From the NCBI GenBank assembly GCA_040954595.2, contig CM082588.2, positions 11,917,398 to 11,981,397 on the forward strand: a stretch of DNA of 64,000 bases. The letters run 5' to 3'. The notes under the pieces are model-generated. The model was not told the DNA's origin and ran no database searches. It saw only the letters and a list, made by a program, of their open reading frames with translations. How positions within the stretch are numbered: position 1 is the stretch's first letter; each line of letters begins with the position of its first letter. Source of the stretch: Balanoglossus misakiensis. Taxonomy: Eukaryota > Animalia > Hemichordata. Below are positions 52,459 through 64,000 of the stretch, in pieces. The translations under genes were made by a program, and so were the position numbers.

Positions 52459-52735
52459 CAGGGTTCGCACACCTAGGCCAACTTGAAATTCCAGGAGATT
52501 TTTGGCAAATTTTAAGAGTATTTTTGATATAAAATGCCATTTTCCAGGAGTATTTGCATTTGGAACACTACTTGTATGCACAAATACTGTTAGTTTTAGA
52601 TTTTGTAGTTTGGCAAGCAATCTCCTGTATGACAGTGCCATAATTCTTGAATGATGTTTACAAAATAACATATTTTCCAAGAGTTTCAAGGAGAGGTATG
52701 AAATTTCAGGAGTTTCTGGGAGTGTACGAACCCTG
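52459..52735. mobile_element. hAT-like MITE, 277 bp, just downstream of the transposase stop
   Basis: 14-bp TIRs cagggttcgcacac / gtgtacgaaccctg (1 mismatch); 8-bp flanks cttttttt / ttttcttt match only 6/8. Confidence 0.7.
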
Positions 52736-52827
52736 TTTTCTTTTCCATTCTCTGATACTGGTTTTCATAGCTTCCTGACAAGTCTTAAGTTCTGTCTTAT
52801 TTTACAACTGCAATGCAGTATCAGTGA

Positions 52828-55800
52828 TCAACGACGACGTTTTGGTAGAGGTGTATTTTCCACTTCACCATTTGCAACAGGACCTCTGACATTTCCTCCA
52901 TTGACTCTCATCAAGTTTGAGCTCTTCATTCTGAGGGCATTTGCAGAGTGCCAAAACTGCAATACTGACGGTGCTTCATTCCCCCCTTTCATCTGACGGT
53001 GGTTCCCAAAGTAGGATTCAAGGGGATCTTGGTTGAACTTTTCAGACAGTACACAGGTGACACCGGGTTGAGCCAACAGGTACTCTGTGACCATGACGAA
53101 TGAGTTGACTGCAATGAGAAATTATTGAAAATATATAATAAAACCTCCACAAACCACAAGACATCACTTGTGCTGTGAAAATTCAGATAGGCTTTGTTGG
53201 GCATTTCCTAAATTTAAATCTGTCATCATTCCATGTAATATATATTTGAATGGCAAAAGATACCTCAATTGACAAAAAATAATCAAGAATACTTCATCAG
53301 AACATTACTTACCTGTCATGAAGAGACCTTCAATTGTCTCCCTGCTTAGTTTCATTCTATAGCCCAAGAAGTCATCCTGCAACCACTACAAAAATATCCC
53401 TTTTCAGCAATAAAATACTTCAAACAACCTCAATGTCACAAAATTACAGCTAATGTACTTTGGAAATACACATTTTATATGACTTGGCTGTTGGACCATA
53501 AAGTTTTCATGGTGAAAGCAATAGATAGAAGATCTATTGCATGATATCATTTGTGATTGGCAATGGAGCCCAAAATTATGTTCTCTGAATTTATTTTGAT
53601 AAAAAAAACAGGGGAAGCAACCATGCAAGCATGAAGCAACAATTACCTTACGCCTAGGATCATCAGGTGATCTGTATGGCATCAGATCAGGCTTTCTTTT
53701 CTTTACACCTTCTGTCATACTTCTGACATTTAAACAGTCAAAAAAATTGTCAAAGTTTCTGACAAATTCAATGGTTGGAGCCATCTGATGCCTGTTTCTC
53801 CCAAAAACAGACAGAGCATTGGCGACTGTGGAACTGAGGACCTACAGTAAGAAAAAGAGGTGAAATTAGTAATGCCATTACATGTTCAGTTTCTCTTGAT
53901 TTACATTCTACTTTGAGTGATTACTGGGGTTACATACACTGCATGGACAAATTTCTTCAATGTTTAATATATAATAGGAGAAAGAAATTTTGTTGTTTCT
54001 TACTCTTTCATAAGGGTCTGTGAATAAAAGTATTTAGAAAGGTTATTGCACACAACAGAATTCATAAAGTCAAGTCTTATCATAATAATCATGTCTCAGT
54101 ACCTGTGCTGCATATTTCACTTTCATACGTGAAAATGATGTCAGGTGTATGTGTTCATACTTCAGTTTGTGGCAGAGAAATAAACCTCCTCTCTCCAAAT
54201 CAGCCTTGTACAAATCAGCTACTGTCTTCCAAACAATGTGCTCCCCATTCTGTAATTACAAATGAAAGGAATACTCACTAGATTAGTAAATTGTTTGTTA
54301 CTCAATACTTAAAAAGCTATGACAATAAACACAGGAAATGCAGATTGGAAGTAAATGGTACTATTGTTTTAATATAACAGTTATACTTTCATTAAAATTC
54401 TTTGGATTAATATAGCTTAATATTTTTGAACAAATTATCTAACTTCAGTTTGAATGAGAAAATGTGATGACAATACAGTTGAAGTCTAAAAACAAGATCA
54501 TATAGAAGAATGCTGTCAACGCACTCACAACGTATTGGGTCTATGATTCTATGTAATAATTTTCAGTCTTACCCATAATAATCGCTTCTTGTTATGAGCA
54601 CCAGAGTTTGACCAACAGTTTCTTGTCGTCTTTATAAGATGTGGCACATCTGACATGAAGTATATGTACCTATCTTCTTCATTGGCACACACATTCAGCG
54701 TTCTGTGTGTAATCAATTCGTGCTGCTCACCAGAGTCATGTAACCTGTAGAAACGTCTATTGGGTGATGCACCGTCTGAAGTAGACACCAATACTTTGAA
54801 GCCATATTCCTCCAAAACGTTAACAACTTCCCAGACTAGAGGAAATAAAAAGTCTGATGTGATTGAAGTTGTCGGATAATGTGCTACTGGATAATTTAAA
54901 CGGATGCAGACACCCCTCACCATAAAGACGAGCATGTACTTGGCAATATCACATTGCACTGGTCTGTCTTGCAGCGACATTTCATAGGCGATGAGGGAAT
55001 TATTGAAATTCCCAACATCTGTGAAACCCACCAATTCACCAGAGCTCTTCTCAAAGACAAGATCTGCATGGATTTTCAGCTCATCATGGACCAGAACAAC
55101 GTACTTTTGGTGTTCTGACAGCTCAGTGAAATTGCTCTCTCTGTACAGCTGCTGTATGACATCTCCTGTAATTCCATTGCCTCCTTTTGTCCAGTGAGTG
55201 TAATCAAGTAGGGTTCGCTCACTTGGTAACTTGATGACACCAGATTCTTTCAGTGTACGATATGCAGCCGAAGAACGTAGCTTTATATTCAAACACCACT
55301 TGATGAACATCGGGTGCCATCTCATCCCTTTTGACTCTGAACACTTCATGGCCTTTGTCTGCTGTTCCCAGAATAATTTCTGAAAGGAGCCCTCTTCAAA
55401 TTCCTTGTTGATAGTTTCTTCATAGTCAGCAGCAAATTTCTCAAAATCACCACTTAGCTCCTGATTGAAAACAAGACCATCTTTCTCTATACTGGCCTGC
55501 AATTTCTGCTTCAAACGTCCTTCACTCATCTGCACTCTATTCTTTTCTTTTATAATGTTCTTTGTTCTCTCGTACAGTTCCTCATGAGAAAGTTTTGATA
55601 GTGGTGCGTGACTGTTGTGGTCTGTTTTATTTTGCTTTTTTCCTGTCTCATTCTTCATTGTGTCTTTATGGAGCATGGAAAATAAAGAGTTTCTGAACTG
55701 CCAGCAATTACCACATCGTTCATTTCCATTGTTCAAGATCATTTGACACTGAGCTGAGTGTATTGTTGTTTCAACTGTCTCACCTCTTCTGGTCTGCAAA

Positions 55801-57318
55801 GGTGCCACATGCTGCCACCCAGCAACTTCATCTGCACTGCGAGCTTTCTTGAAGAAACCCTTCCGTGCTCTGGCAACACCATGAAATTTGGAATCTGGAT
55901 TGCCAATGCACACGATGGTATTGTGTACCATGTTAAGAATGTCAAGTACCATTGAAACAGAATTGACAGTTTGTGGCAATGTGCAAAGAGGTTTCTTATT
56001 GTCACATGGCTCATTATAGACAGTGACTGACCAGTGTAAGTCTTTGGTTACAGTTATGTCTTTTATGACAGTTGACTGCATTGATGCATCTTTTATAATG
56101 TACATCAGGTGGATATCATTGTCATCTGCCTGGTATAGCCAACCACATGGCAGAGAGCACTGAGCCAGACCCGTTCTTATGGATGTATATGGCAAAGGAT
56201 AATGAAAAACAGGGTGTACTATTTGGTCATGTGTTCCTGTGATAAGACAAGAGTTTTCTTTCGACATGTGGTGCACTGAGAATTCCACAGCCTTGTCAAC
56301 GACCCTGTCATCTGTGCTGGATAAAGAATTGTCACATGCTGTTTCTTCAGTTGTTGAGATATGTTGTGGTACCTTGTCAATTCCCTGACTAACTGTATTT
56401 TGCTGGTTTTTAGAATATGACGCAGCAATTTCAGCAAAATCTTGCAAAACACTGAAGTTTCTCTCATTCTTTTTCAATTCTGTAGTGGGGCTCTTCTGTT
56501 GTAGATCTTCTAACAGCCGCCTAGCGCATTTCTTGTTAGGTGTGGTGATCTGCAAAGGTGGAAACACAAGGCATTACCACGTTAAAATTTTGAAAACTTA
56601 GCCATGTTCCAGTATAGAACCTCAAGGGTTTTATTGTTCAAAGTTACAATCTTGATGATATTACATTGACTGCCTTGAAAGAAATTATGAAGTTTACAAT
56701 GTGAACTCAATCTTAACTCAAAATAGCAATACAAAATGCTAATATCATTACCTTCTCTTCTCCTTGATGTGCCTCATTAATTTGGCTGTTTGAATGGGAG
56801 ACAGCGATTTCCGCAAAATCTTGCAAAACACTGAAGCTTCTCTCATTCATTTTCAATTCTGTAGTGGGGCTCTTTTGTTGTAGTTCTTCTAACACCTGCC
56901 TAGCACATTTCTTGTTAGGTGTGGTGATCTGGAAAGGTGGAAACACAAGGCATTACCACGTTAATTTTTTGAAATCTTAGCCATTTTCCAGACTTCCAGT
57001 ATAGAACCTCAAGGGTTTTATAGTTCAAAATTACAATCTTGATGATATGACATTGACCGCCCTGAAAGAAATTTTTACAACTTGGACTCAATCTTATCTC
57101 AAAATAGCAATACAAAATGCCAATATCATTACCTTGTCTTCTCCTTGATGTGCCTCATTGTTTTGGCTGTTTGAATGGGAGACAGCGATTTCCGCAAATT
57201 CATTCAGAATGCTAAAATCTCCCTTGTTACATCCTTTGTATCTTTTCACCTTTGCAGCGAGGCTCTTCTTCCTTTCTGCATTTTTAATCCTCCTCCCAAT
57301 ACCTTTCTTGTAGGGCAT
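52828..57318 (-). CDS. P-element-superfamily (THAP9-like) transposase, ~1011 aa, coding exons 57318-57133, 56928-56752, 56549-54573, 54249-54103, 53841-53647, 53385-53313, 53108-52828
   Basis: All junctions are GT-AG and frame-consistent with no internal stop. Motifs MRWHP, LPSERTL, LVHDELKI (D1), STSDGASPN (D2), DVPHLIKTTRN, HIHLTSFSRMKVKYAAQVLS, FDNFFDCLN, FNQDPLESYFG (E). The start may lie further upstream (possible exon ~57639-57722). Confidence 0.9.
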
Positions 57319-59219
57319 GGTGATCTGAAGATACAAATGCATAACAGCATTACTTTTTAAGTTTCAAATAGTAACTAACAGCTACAGAAATGCTAGAGAC
57401 TGTTTTGGGTCTACCATTCAAAACAATGGGAAGAGACCATCTTTACCAAATGACATGTTGTTCAAACCAAGTACACTGGTATAGTATTAATTAAGTTTTG
57501 ACAACACACTTTCTGCTTTGGATAATTTTTTTCAAGGTGGTTCAGAAGCTGACAGCGTCCTGAAAGAGAATTGTGTGTTGTTTCTGATTTGGAATTTTAC
57601 AATCTCTATCACTCCTATTAATAACTAGCTACTAATTACCTGGTCAATTGCTTCACAAATGAATGTATCTTTCACAAAACACATCCTGGGAGAATCAGAA
57701 GCATCGCAGATAAATAGCTTCACTGTAACAACAAAGGTTTACTTTGTGTACGATACAATATGGGCACACGCCAACATCACACCCTTATTGTTCCTGATAT
57801 AATGGCGTTTTGTGCTGCGTGTAAACGGGGGATTTACTCAAAAAAAAGCTTGACAATACCTAACTGGACACATCAAGTGTTATTAAAAAAATATCCGCAT
57901 TTGCGGCTTTCCAAAAAAATCTCCTCAAGGGTGGATGATCAAAAATAGACCCACGAGAAAAAAAAAGAAAACATAACTTCCGGAAAGCCGGAGTGTCGCT
58001 GGTCGCATGATCGCATAACAACAAGTTGACTTCTTTTTTTCTTTCAACTGAATGTGAAATATCTGCGTAAAACCCCACCAATACACCCACAATTACATGG
58101 TAACAACAATAAAATAAGAGGTTAAGACATTCAAGGAATATCTTCCGTAAAAAAGGACACAATCGGCAGCATGAAATTTTACGCTACATGCAACCGGAAG
58201 TATTTGTCTGCAAGCACGATGCACAAAAAGCATGGGCAAAATCGTCATTTATCACAGAAATTTGCCAGCCATCGACAATCAGAGATTAGTACTATGCACG
58301 GTCGGTTTGTTACGACTTCCTGTGCGACGAAGGAACGTAAGAAATGCCAAATCTTGGAAAAACTGGGAGACAAAAATCCAAAACAAGTGAAGTTCTGGAA
58401 ACAAAACAATCGAGACAGGTTCGGAACTACGCAATGTTCTTTTTGACGGCAAACGTAAAATTAACACTAACAGTTTAACAATGAAACACATCGTAGCACT
58501 TCTTGTATGCTGAAGATTTCATATTTTAAAGAATTTCCGATCGACGGATTGTCTTCTTACAGAAAAACGGTCACAATCTCCGCGATGACTTCTACAACAC
58601 GACATTCGGCGTCGCGTCATCATACACAAACAATTACTTGCTCTTCACAAATAGTTGTAAAATTGTGAAAAAAATAGAATACCTACCTTTTTATGGAGTA
58701 ATGAAAACCTTAGATGATCAACATGGTACGGACGCAGCGTAAAAAAAGCTTCTACTTCTGTGGAGTCGTTTGGACGCAAACTTTAAGTGGACCGACGACG
58801 AGGAAGCAGCAGTGCGGTGCTCGCGAACTGTAGCATACTGGATATGACGCTCGACGATATGCGATTCGGGTTAAAATTCACAGTCAGATATCACGACCAA
58901 AAATAATCTCTTGGCCATGAGTGTTTTCAATAATTGTCTGTCTTCAAATGAAGACATGAAAAGTTTATTCGAGACCATTATTGGAAGAAATTAAGTTATA
59001 TAATGTTTAAAATTGCAGCAAAAATCGGCGGGATTCGACCGGCATCAAACAACAATTGTATTCCGAAGATCACTAAGATTACTTGTCGTCTGCAAAGCAG
59101 TCAGGGGTGTTGGACACTGACGATCGCCCATCCACGACCGATTGACACCTTTTGTAATTATTCCATTTAGGTTCAAAACCGGCTAATCCCCTTTTCCTTT
59201 GATGTTTGCCGCCATTTCC

Positions 59220-59245
59220 TGTCCCGTTTTTCTCTAGGGTCTATG
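59220..59245 (-). mobile_element. Candidate 5' terminal inverted repeat of the P element (CATAGACCCTAGAGAAAAACGGGAC on - strand)
   Basis: CA-starting CATAG terminus, as in many P-superfamily elements, upstream of the transposase. A similar end in the same orientation lies at 52210-52233. No matching opposite end with a matching TSD was found. Confidence 0.5.
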
Positions 59246-60159
59246 CCTGAACACTTCACCACCATAGTTCAATCCAAACCCAATTGTTTTTATGATAAAG
59301 TTGGACCTCTAAAGAGGAAACTGGGGGTGAAAGGGTTAAAGATTCCCCTTTCCAATGAATCCCATAAAATTGTTCAAACTTCAAAACTGCGGCAAGAGGA
59401 ACACAAAACCAGTATTCACTAACTGATCTTTCTGCCACGCCTAGACACATTCAAAATGATTTTTTTTTGTATCAGGATTTTTTACATCAAAGACCAATCA
59501 CATTGTAGAGGGTGCTCTCCTATTCCAAATCTTTTCTGTCATGTGACCAGGGTACTGTACTACTTGGCAATAAAATACCAAGTACATCCCGTTCTGATTT
59601 TCAAAGATCAAATCCTTTATGTGAAAATGAGGTTATGAAAAAAGAGCATTCCAATGACCTCTGAGGTCTCACAAAATCTCACACATTAATTTTCAAGCTA
59701 CAGCAATAATATTGAATGTTCAGAACATAACACTAGACATTTTTTCCCCTTGAGAGCCAAATGGAATGAAAAACCAGGGTTGATACAAATGACGTTCCTA
59801 ATTTCAATATATATCTCTTGCAATTTACAATCATTACTTATATAAGAATTGTACAGGAAAATACGTCTGTAGCGGTTATGGCTGGTGCATACAAATACAC
59901 CTGAAACACTCGAACAGTATAAATATTTGAAAACTAGTGGGCTAATGGGAAGGAACAGAATACGACACACTAAAGGGTTGGCGGAAACTTGGCAAATCTT
60001 TAATATGCAGATGAAAAAGAGTTTGACAAAACCAGCTCCAAGCCGCCAAACCAGGGGAGGGGAAGCATTCAGGGAGTTCCCATTAGCCAGTAAAATACAA
60101 AACTGCCCAGTAACTTGCGAGAAAGATTCCTAACACGTTGGAGAAAAGATGTGAAAACT

Positions 60160-61152
60160 TCAAGACTGATTGTAGTGGGAACGCAAATGCTCTTGCATAG
60201 GGGTGGTGACAGAGCAGCACTTTTGTGGGCTGACATGTAAGTAGCGCAAGTAAGCGGAAGATGTCCAGTCCCCGTGCAATTTGATAAGTTCTCCAGGAAC
60301 CCCTGCTTCGAGAGGGAAAGAAGCGCCGCCCCTGCGGAAACTATGGCCTGAGTAGATAGAGGGGTTGAACCCGGCTTGCGCTAAGACGGAACGCAGAAAA
60401 GACACAAATGCGCTGTGGGTGAGGGGGGACTAGGGTACCCTGGGAAGGATAGACAAATGCTGGTGCTCCGGCTGGAGCTGGGATCAAGTCGCGCATGCGT
60501 TCGAAAGACGTGACTGGGCATAACACTGAGCCCGGCAACCGCGCAACTGGGATGGAGCACACCCGATCATGGAACTGATTGGTTTTTGACCAACGAATGA
60601 GAACGTGTAGCCCAAAAGCACTAAACTGCATATCCCCCCGACACAGGTGCTTCTGGGGGTCAAAGGTCGTGCGAGAAGGAACAGTAAGGTTGGACTTCCT
60701 GAGAAATGTGAAAAAAACCAATAAGCAAGAGGTCCAAAAAACTTGATGAAAAGGGTTGGAAAAAATCTAACAAACTATGAAAAGCTAACAGGATATGCGG
60801 ATTGATGGGCAGCTTCTGAGTACATGACTGGGGATGAACTCGCTGAAGACCTCTCAAAGTCAGTTTGACTTGAAAACTCTCTAAGGCCGAACATTCAATG
60901 CGTAAATACGAATGCAACTTAGAAACACTATGCAGGTAGTTTTTAGTGACTGCACTGAACTGACTGAACGAGATAAAAAGGTAAGAAACATGGAAAGAAC
61001 ATGCGGTGATGCCGGTGTTGGCTTGAGGCCGAAGAAGTGGCAAAACAATAAGAAAGCCTTCCACTGGCTTTTCAAATTTTGGACTGTCCCTGTAGCAAAT
61101 GCAGAAGCTTGTAAGGCTGTTGTTTGCTGGTGAAGGGCAAGCCATGACGACC
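60160..61152 (-). pseudogene. Tyrosine recombinase (frameshifted)
   Basis: Catalytic set FLRKSN (R), SKTNQ (K), HSFRRG (HxxR), GDW, YLRY (Y) spread over ORFs 60881-61075, 60660-61145, 60341-60721 and 60160-60405. Confidence 0.92.
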
Positions 61153-61218
61153 CTGAAATAAGAAAATGAAACCTAACTGAGAATACATCTCGACGCTGGG
61201 AAGATGTACAGTGAAAGC

Positions 61219-63218
61219 TTACAGGTCATAGTGAAAATTGGTGAAGTATGTGACTGGCATTGCCACCTCTATCACATGCAGACTATTGGTTAACTCATGA
61301 AATTCAAAACTGTGATGCTGAGAAATGTGCCATCTGCTTAAATGGTCATCTAAGCAATTATCCTGACCCTGAATATGCACTGCTTTGAGTTCAAAACTAT
61401 TGAGTGCGGACACTAGCCATAACTCTCGTAAATATTGAAGCATATGGAGGACTCGTGAGCGACCTGAATTAATGACAGTGACTGTTGCCATATTATCGCA
61501 AAACACCTGAATGCGCTGGCCTTTCCACAGATGGCTCCACAGATGACACGCAACAAGCACTGTTAAAAGTTCTAACGCATTAATATGTAAACCCTGACTA
61601 ATAACAGGTAAAGGAAATTCTGTGTGAAAATACAGTCCTTGAGAAAAGCCCCGCAGCCTGAGAGGCAGGCGTCAGTAGAAAAAAAACGGCATCTGGTGTA
61701 CTCCATCTAGAAGCTGGGATAACAGATACTCCGTTGTATAATGGTAAAAAGGTACGCCACCAAACTAAGTCAGCGAAGAATTGCGAATCTAGAAAAATGC
61801 GAGGTGATTTAAACTGCTGTCTAAGTAACTGTAACATACGGGAGAAAAACACTCGTCCTGAGCGGACACATGTGGCAACTGAGTTAAGCTTGCCTAACAA
61901 AGACTGAAATTGACGCTTGGGAACAGAGGCTTTTGTGTCCCACTCATCAAGCTCTGTGAGCAGGATGAATAACTTGTGTGCAGGAATGCGCATGGTCATA
62001 GACACAGTGTCGAATTCAATACCGAGAAAAACCATGCAAGTGGACGGCGCTACTGCTTTATCCTGCGCCTCCTAGACCAAGCTGTGATAAAAGTCTACCA
62101 AGGGATTCAAAGGCTGCCATGGCTTTGTCTGGCGCCTCTGCACCCCCAAAATCATCTAAATAATTGATGCCAGCGTAACCATTCTGTCTAAATAAATACA
62201 TAACTGCACTTGTGGTACGTTGGCAGGCTAATGCAGCAGAGCGAAGCCCGAAGGGAAAATCAAGATCAAAGAAGAATAAATGATGCCATGAAAAACCAAG
62301 GAGATTATAATCTCGTGGGTCAATGAAAATTTGCCGATATGCTCGGTGTAAGTCTCTCTTGTATAACAGGCAACCGGGTCCTTTGTCCTGAATAATTTGT
62401 GTGAAATGATCTAAAGATCGGTACGACAGTTTTATGTGATAACCATCATAAAAGTCTGAAGAGATTCCGTCATTGACGGTGTTTCGTTGGTGTTCCGGAA
62501 AGCTGAGGTCCATGACTACGCGACGGCGTGGAGACTCCTTTTTGGGCACAGTTTGAAGTTGAGACACCACGAACCCGTGAGGAAATGGGCTGGTTGTGAA
62601 AGGTCCGGCTGTGGCCCCAGCGGCGACTTCAGTGCTGATGAAGTGGTCCACATCGTTGGGAAACATCAAGGCCGAAGGGTGATTACGAATGTCGACGACC
62701 GGTAACGTGTCACGGGTATAACCGATAGGCCAGCCAAAAGGGTGATAGTCACAAATGATATTGTCAGCATAATGTGCCAGCAGTGATCTCCATAAAGGCA
62801 ACACTAATTTAGTCGGAACGGGATATTTGAGTCCTTGGTAGTTTGGTAACCCGGATGTAGAGACTTGTGCATGCAACACACAAATATTGGCTAAAGAAAA
62901 TTCCGATGAGGGAGACGTGCTCGACTGAATGTTTAAATACCGCGATGTCAGAGGCGAAGCTGAAATCGGAGGAATTGTTACAATGTTTGAAGTGGACGAG
63001 GACGGTGGGTCATCGTTCGCTGTGTGAGACACAATGTCGGAGGATGCGGCTGTATGGCCTGAGATACATAAAGGGCGTGGTGTATGGGACCAGGGAGCCC
63101 GAATGTTAGCGTTGGACGGTAACCGAGCGCTAGAAAATTCTTCTGATGCAGAAGTGTACGGAATGTTCTGTGAGGAAGAGACGGAACACAATGTAGTCTC
63201 TGTGAACATGGGATTCAA
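61219..63218 (-). pseudogene. DIRS-type reverse transcriptase and RNase H (frameshifted near 62060 and 61680)
   Basis: RRVVMDLSFP, DLHRAYRQ, FPFGLRSA, YLDDF, FLGIEFDT, FCDNMATV, HIQGQDNCLDDHLSR. Confidence 0.93.
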
Positions 63219-64000
63219 CCCAACAACTGAAGTTAAGTCCGAATTAGATCTATTACTATTGGGGCTGTCATTCTTCTTGCTGGTGGCGAGGTGGCAATCT
63301 TTGCCGCTGTGAGATGTGGCTGTGTTGTTAATTTTGAAACAGCGATATCAGATGTGACGTCTAAAACACTTGTCGCCCCATTCGCATGTCTGGAAGTTGT
63401 ACTTGTAACAAATGTCGCTCTTCTTGTCGGCCTGTTTCTTGCCGCTATCAGTGCCTTGTTTGACAGATTTCAGGGTGTCGGGTGAGAGAAGTTCTTTTTC
63501 ATAACGGTCGAAGCAGTCTTGCCAACGTAGTTCTGCGCTTTGTATCTTTTCTAAGATGGTACCTTGGAAATTCAGTACGACTAACCAATCGTACTTATGA
63601 GCGAGTCTCATTAATTTCTGGAGATGCAGTAATCTGGGAGCGCGTTCCTCAGACGAGATGGGCAGGTAGACGGAGTTGATTATTTCTAATTCGCCTCTGA
63701 ATAGTTGTGCGATGGTTAAGTTGTCGAATTTGGGGACTTTTCCTCCTTTTTCGCGAGGTAGGCGCAAATGTGGCCATTTCACTTTGGATTCATCTGCGGA
63801 GCTGGGGGCTTGAGTGTCACGAAGGGACTTTCCTAGCTTACCTTGATTAGCGGCTGGGTTTTGACGAAGGATTTCCAGTGTTGGTGGACAGCCGTTGCCC
63901 GACGATAAACGGATCGATGGAGGCGGTTGCATGGGACTTGTGGTGGCATCCTGCACTCGGAGGGCGGCAAGTTCGTGTTCTAGTTCTGAGATGCGGGAGC
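63219..64000 (-). pseudogene. DIRS/Ngaro gag-like ORF with C-terminal Cys/His zinc finger interrupted by TGA
   Basis: CYKYNFQTCEWGDKCFRRHI*YRC...HSGKDC; the stop at 63348-50 sits where a Cys is expected. Confidence 0.8.

Larger units (their letters stand above)
59790..64000 (-). mobile_element. Decayed DIRS/Ngaro-type tyrosine-recombinase retrotransposon (gag, RT, RNase H, YR); 5' part beyond the window, 3' boundary approximate
   Basis: Co-oriented gag-RT-RH-YR order with no integrase, protease or methyltransferase seen; multiple frameshifts. Confidence 0.9.

Noticed and set aside
51785-59245. Complete P element bounded by 51785 and 59245
   Set aside because: Flanks ctttcac and cctgaac match only 4/7, and 51785-51806 has its own flanking direct repeat.
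63348-63350. Selenocysteine TGA in the gag zinc finger
   Set aside because: The element has many other lesions and no SECIS is evident; a TGY-to-TGA nonsense change is more parsimonious.

Overview
Repeat-dense eukaryotic DNA (spliceosomal introns, AT-rich, TE types typical of marine invertebrate deuterostomes; the taxon is an inference). No rRNA, tRNA or CRISPR array is visible. Left to right: (1) a ~309-bp tandem repeat; (2) a head-to-head pair of tandem OB-fold (RPA/SSB-like) genes, one decayed and one cut off by a GC-rich TE-like fragment; (3) a ~32-kb inverted duplication (arms ~8.9-24.7 kb and ~31.0-41.2 kb) around a ~6.3-kb spacer holding an internally deleted pentraxin-like gene. Each arm has nested inverted repeats, a highly conserved core with a duplicated hairpin motif, and arm-specific insertions whose empty sites can be read in the other arm, including a full-length CR1/L2-group LINE with a 2A-like peptide in ORF1 and an AUG-less ORF2 in frame behind ORF1's TAG; (4) a 9.3-kb satellite of 82-93-bp monomers with a ~1982-bp higher-order repeat, capped by a Harbinger-type MITE; (5) a spliced, catalytically intact P-element-superfamily transposase gene (~1011 aa) with no visible THAP domain and triplicated N-terminal exons, plus a probable P excision footprint; (6) a decayed DIRS/Ngaro-type tyrosine-recombinase retrotransposon running off the right edge. 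All alignments and identities were judged by eye.
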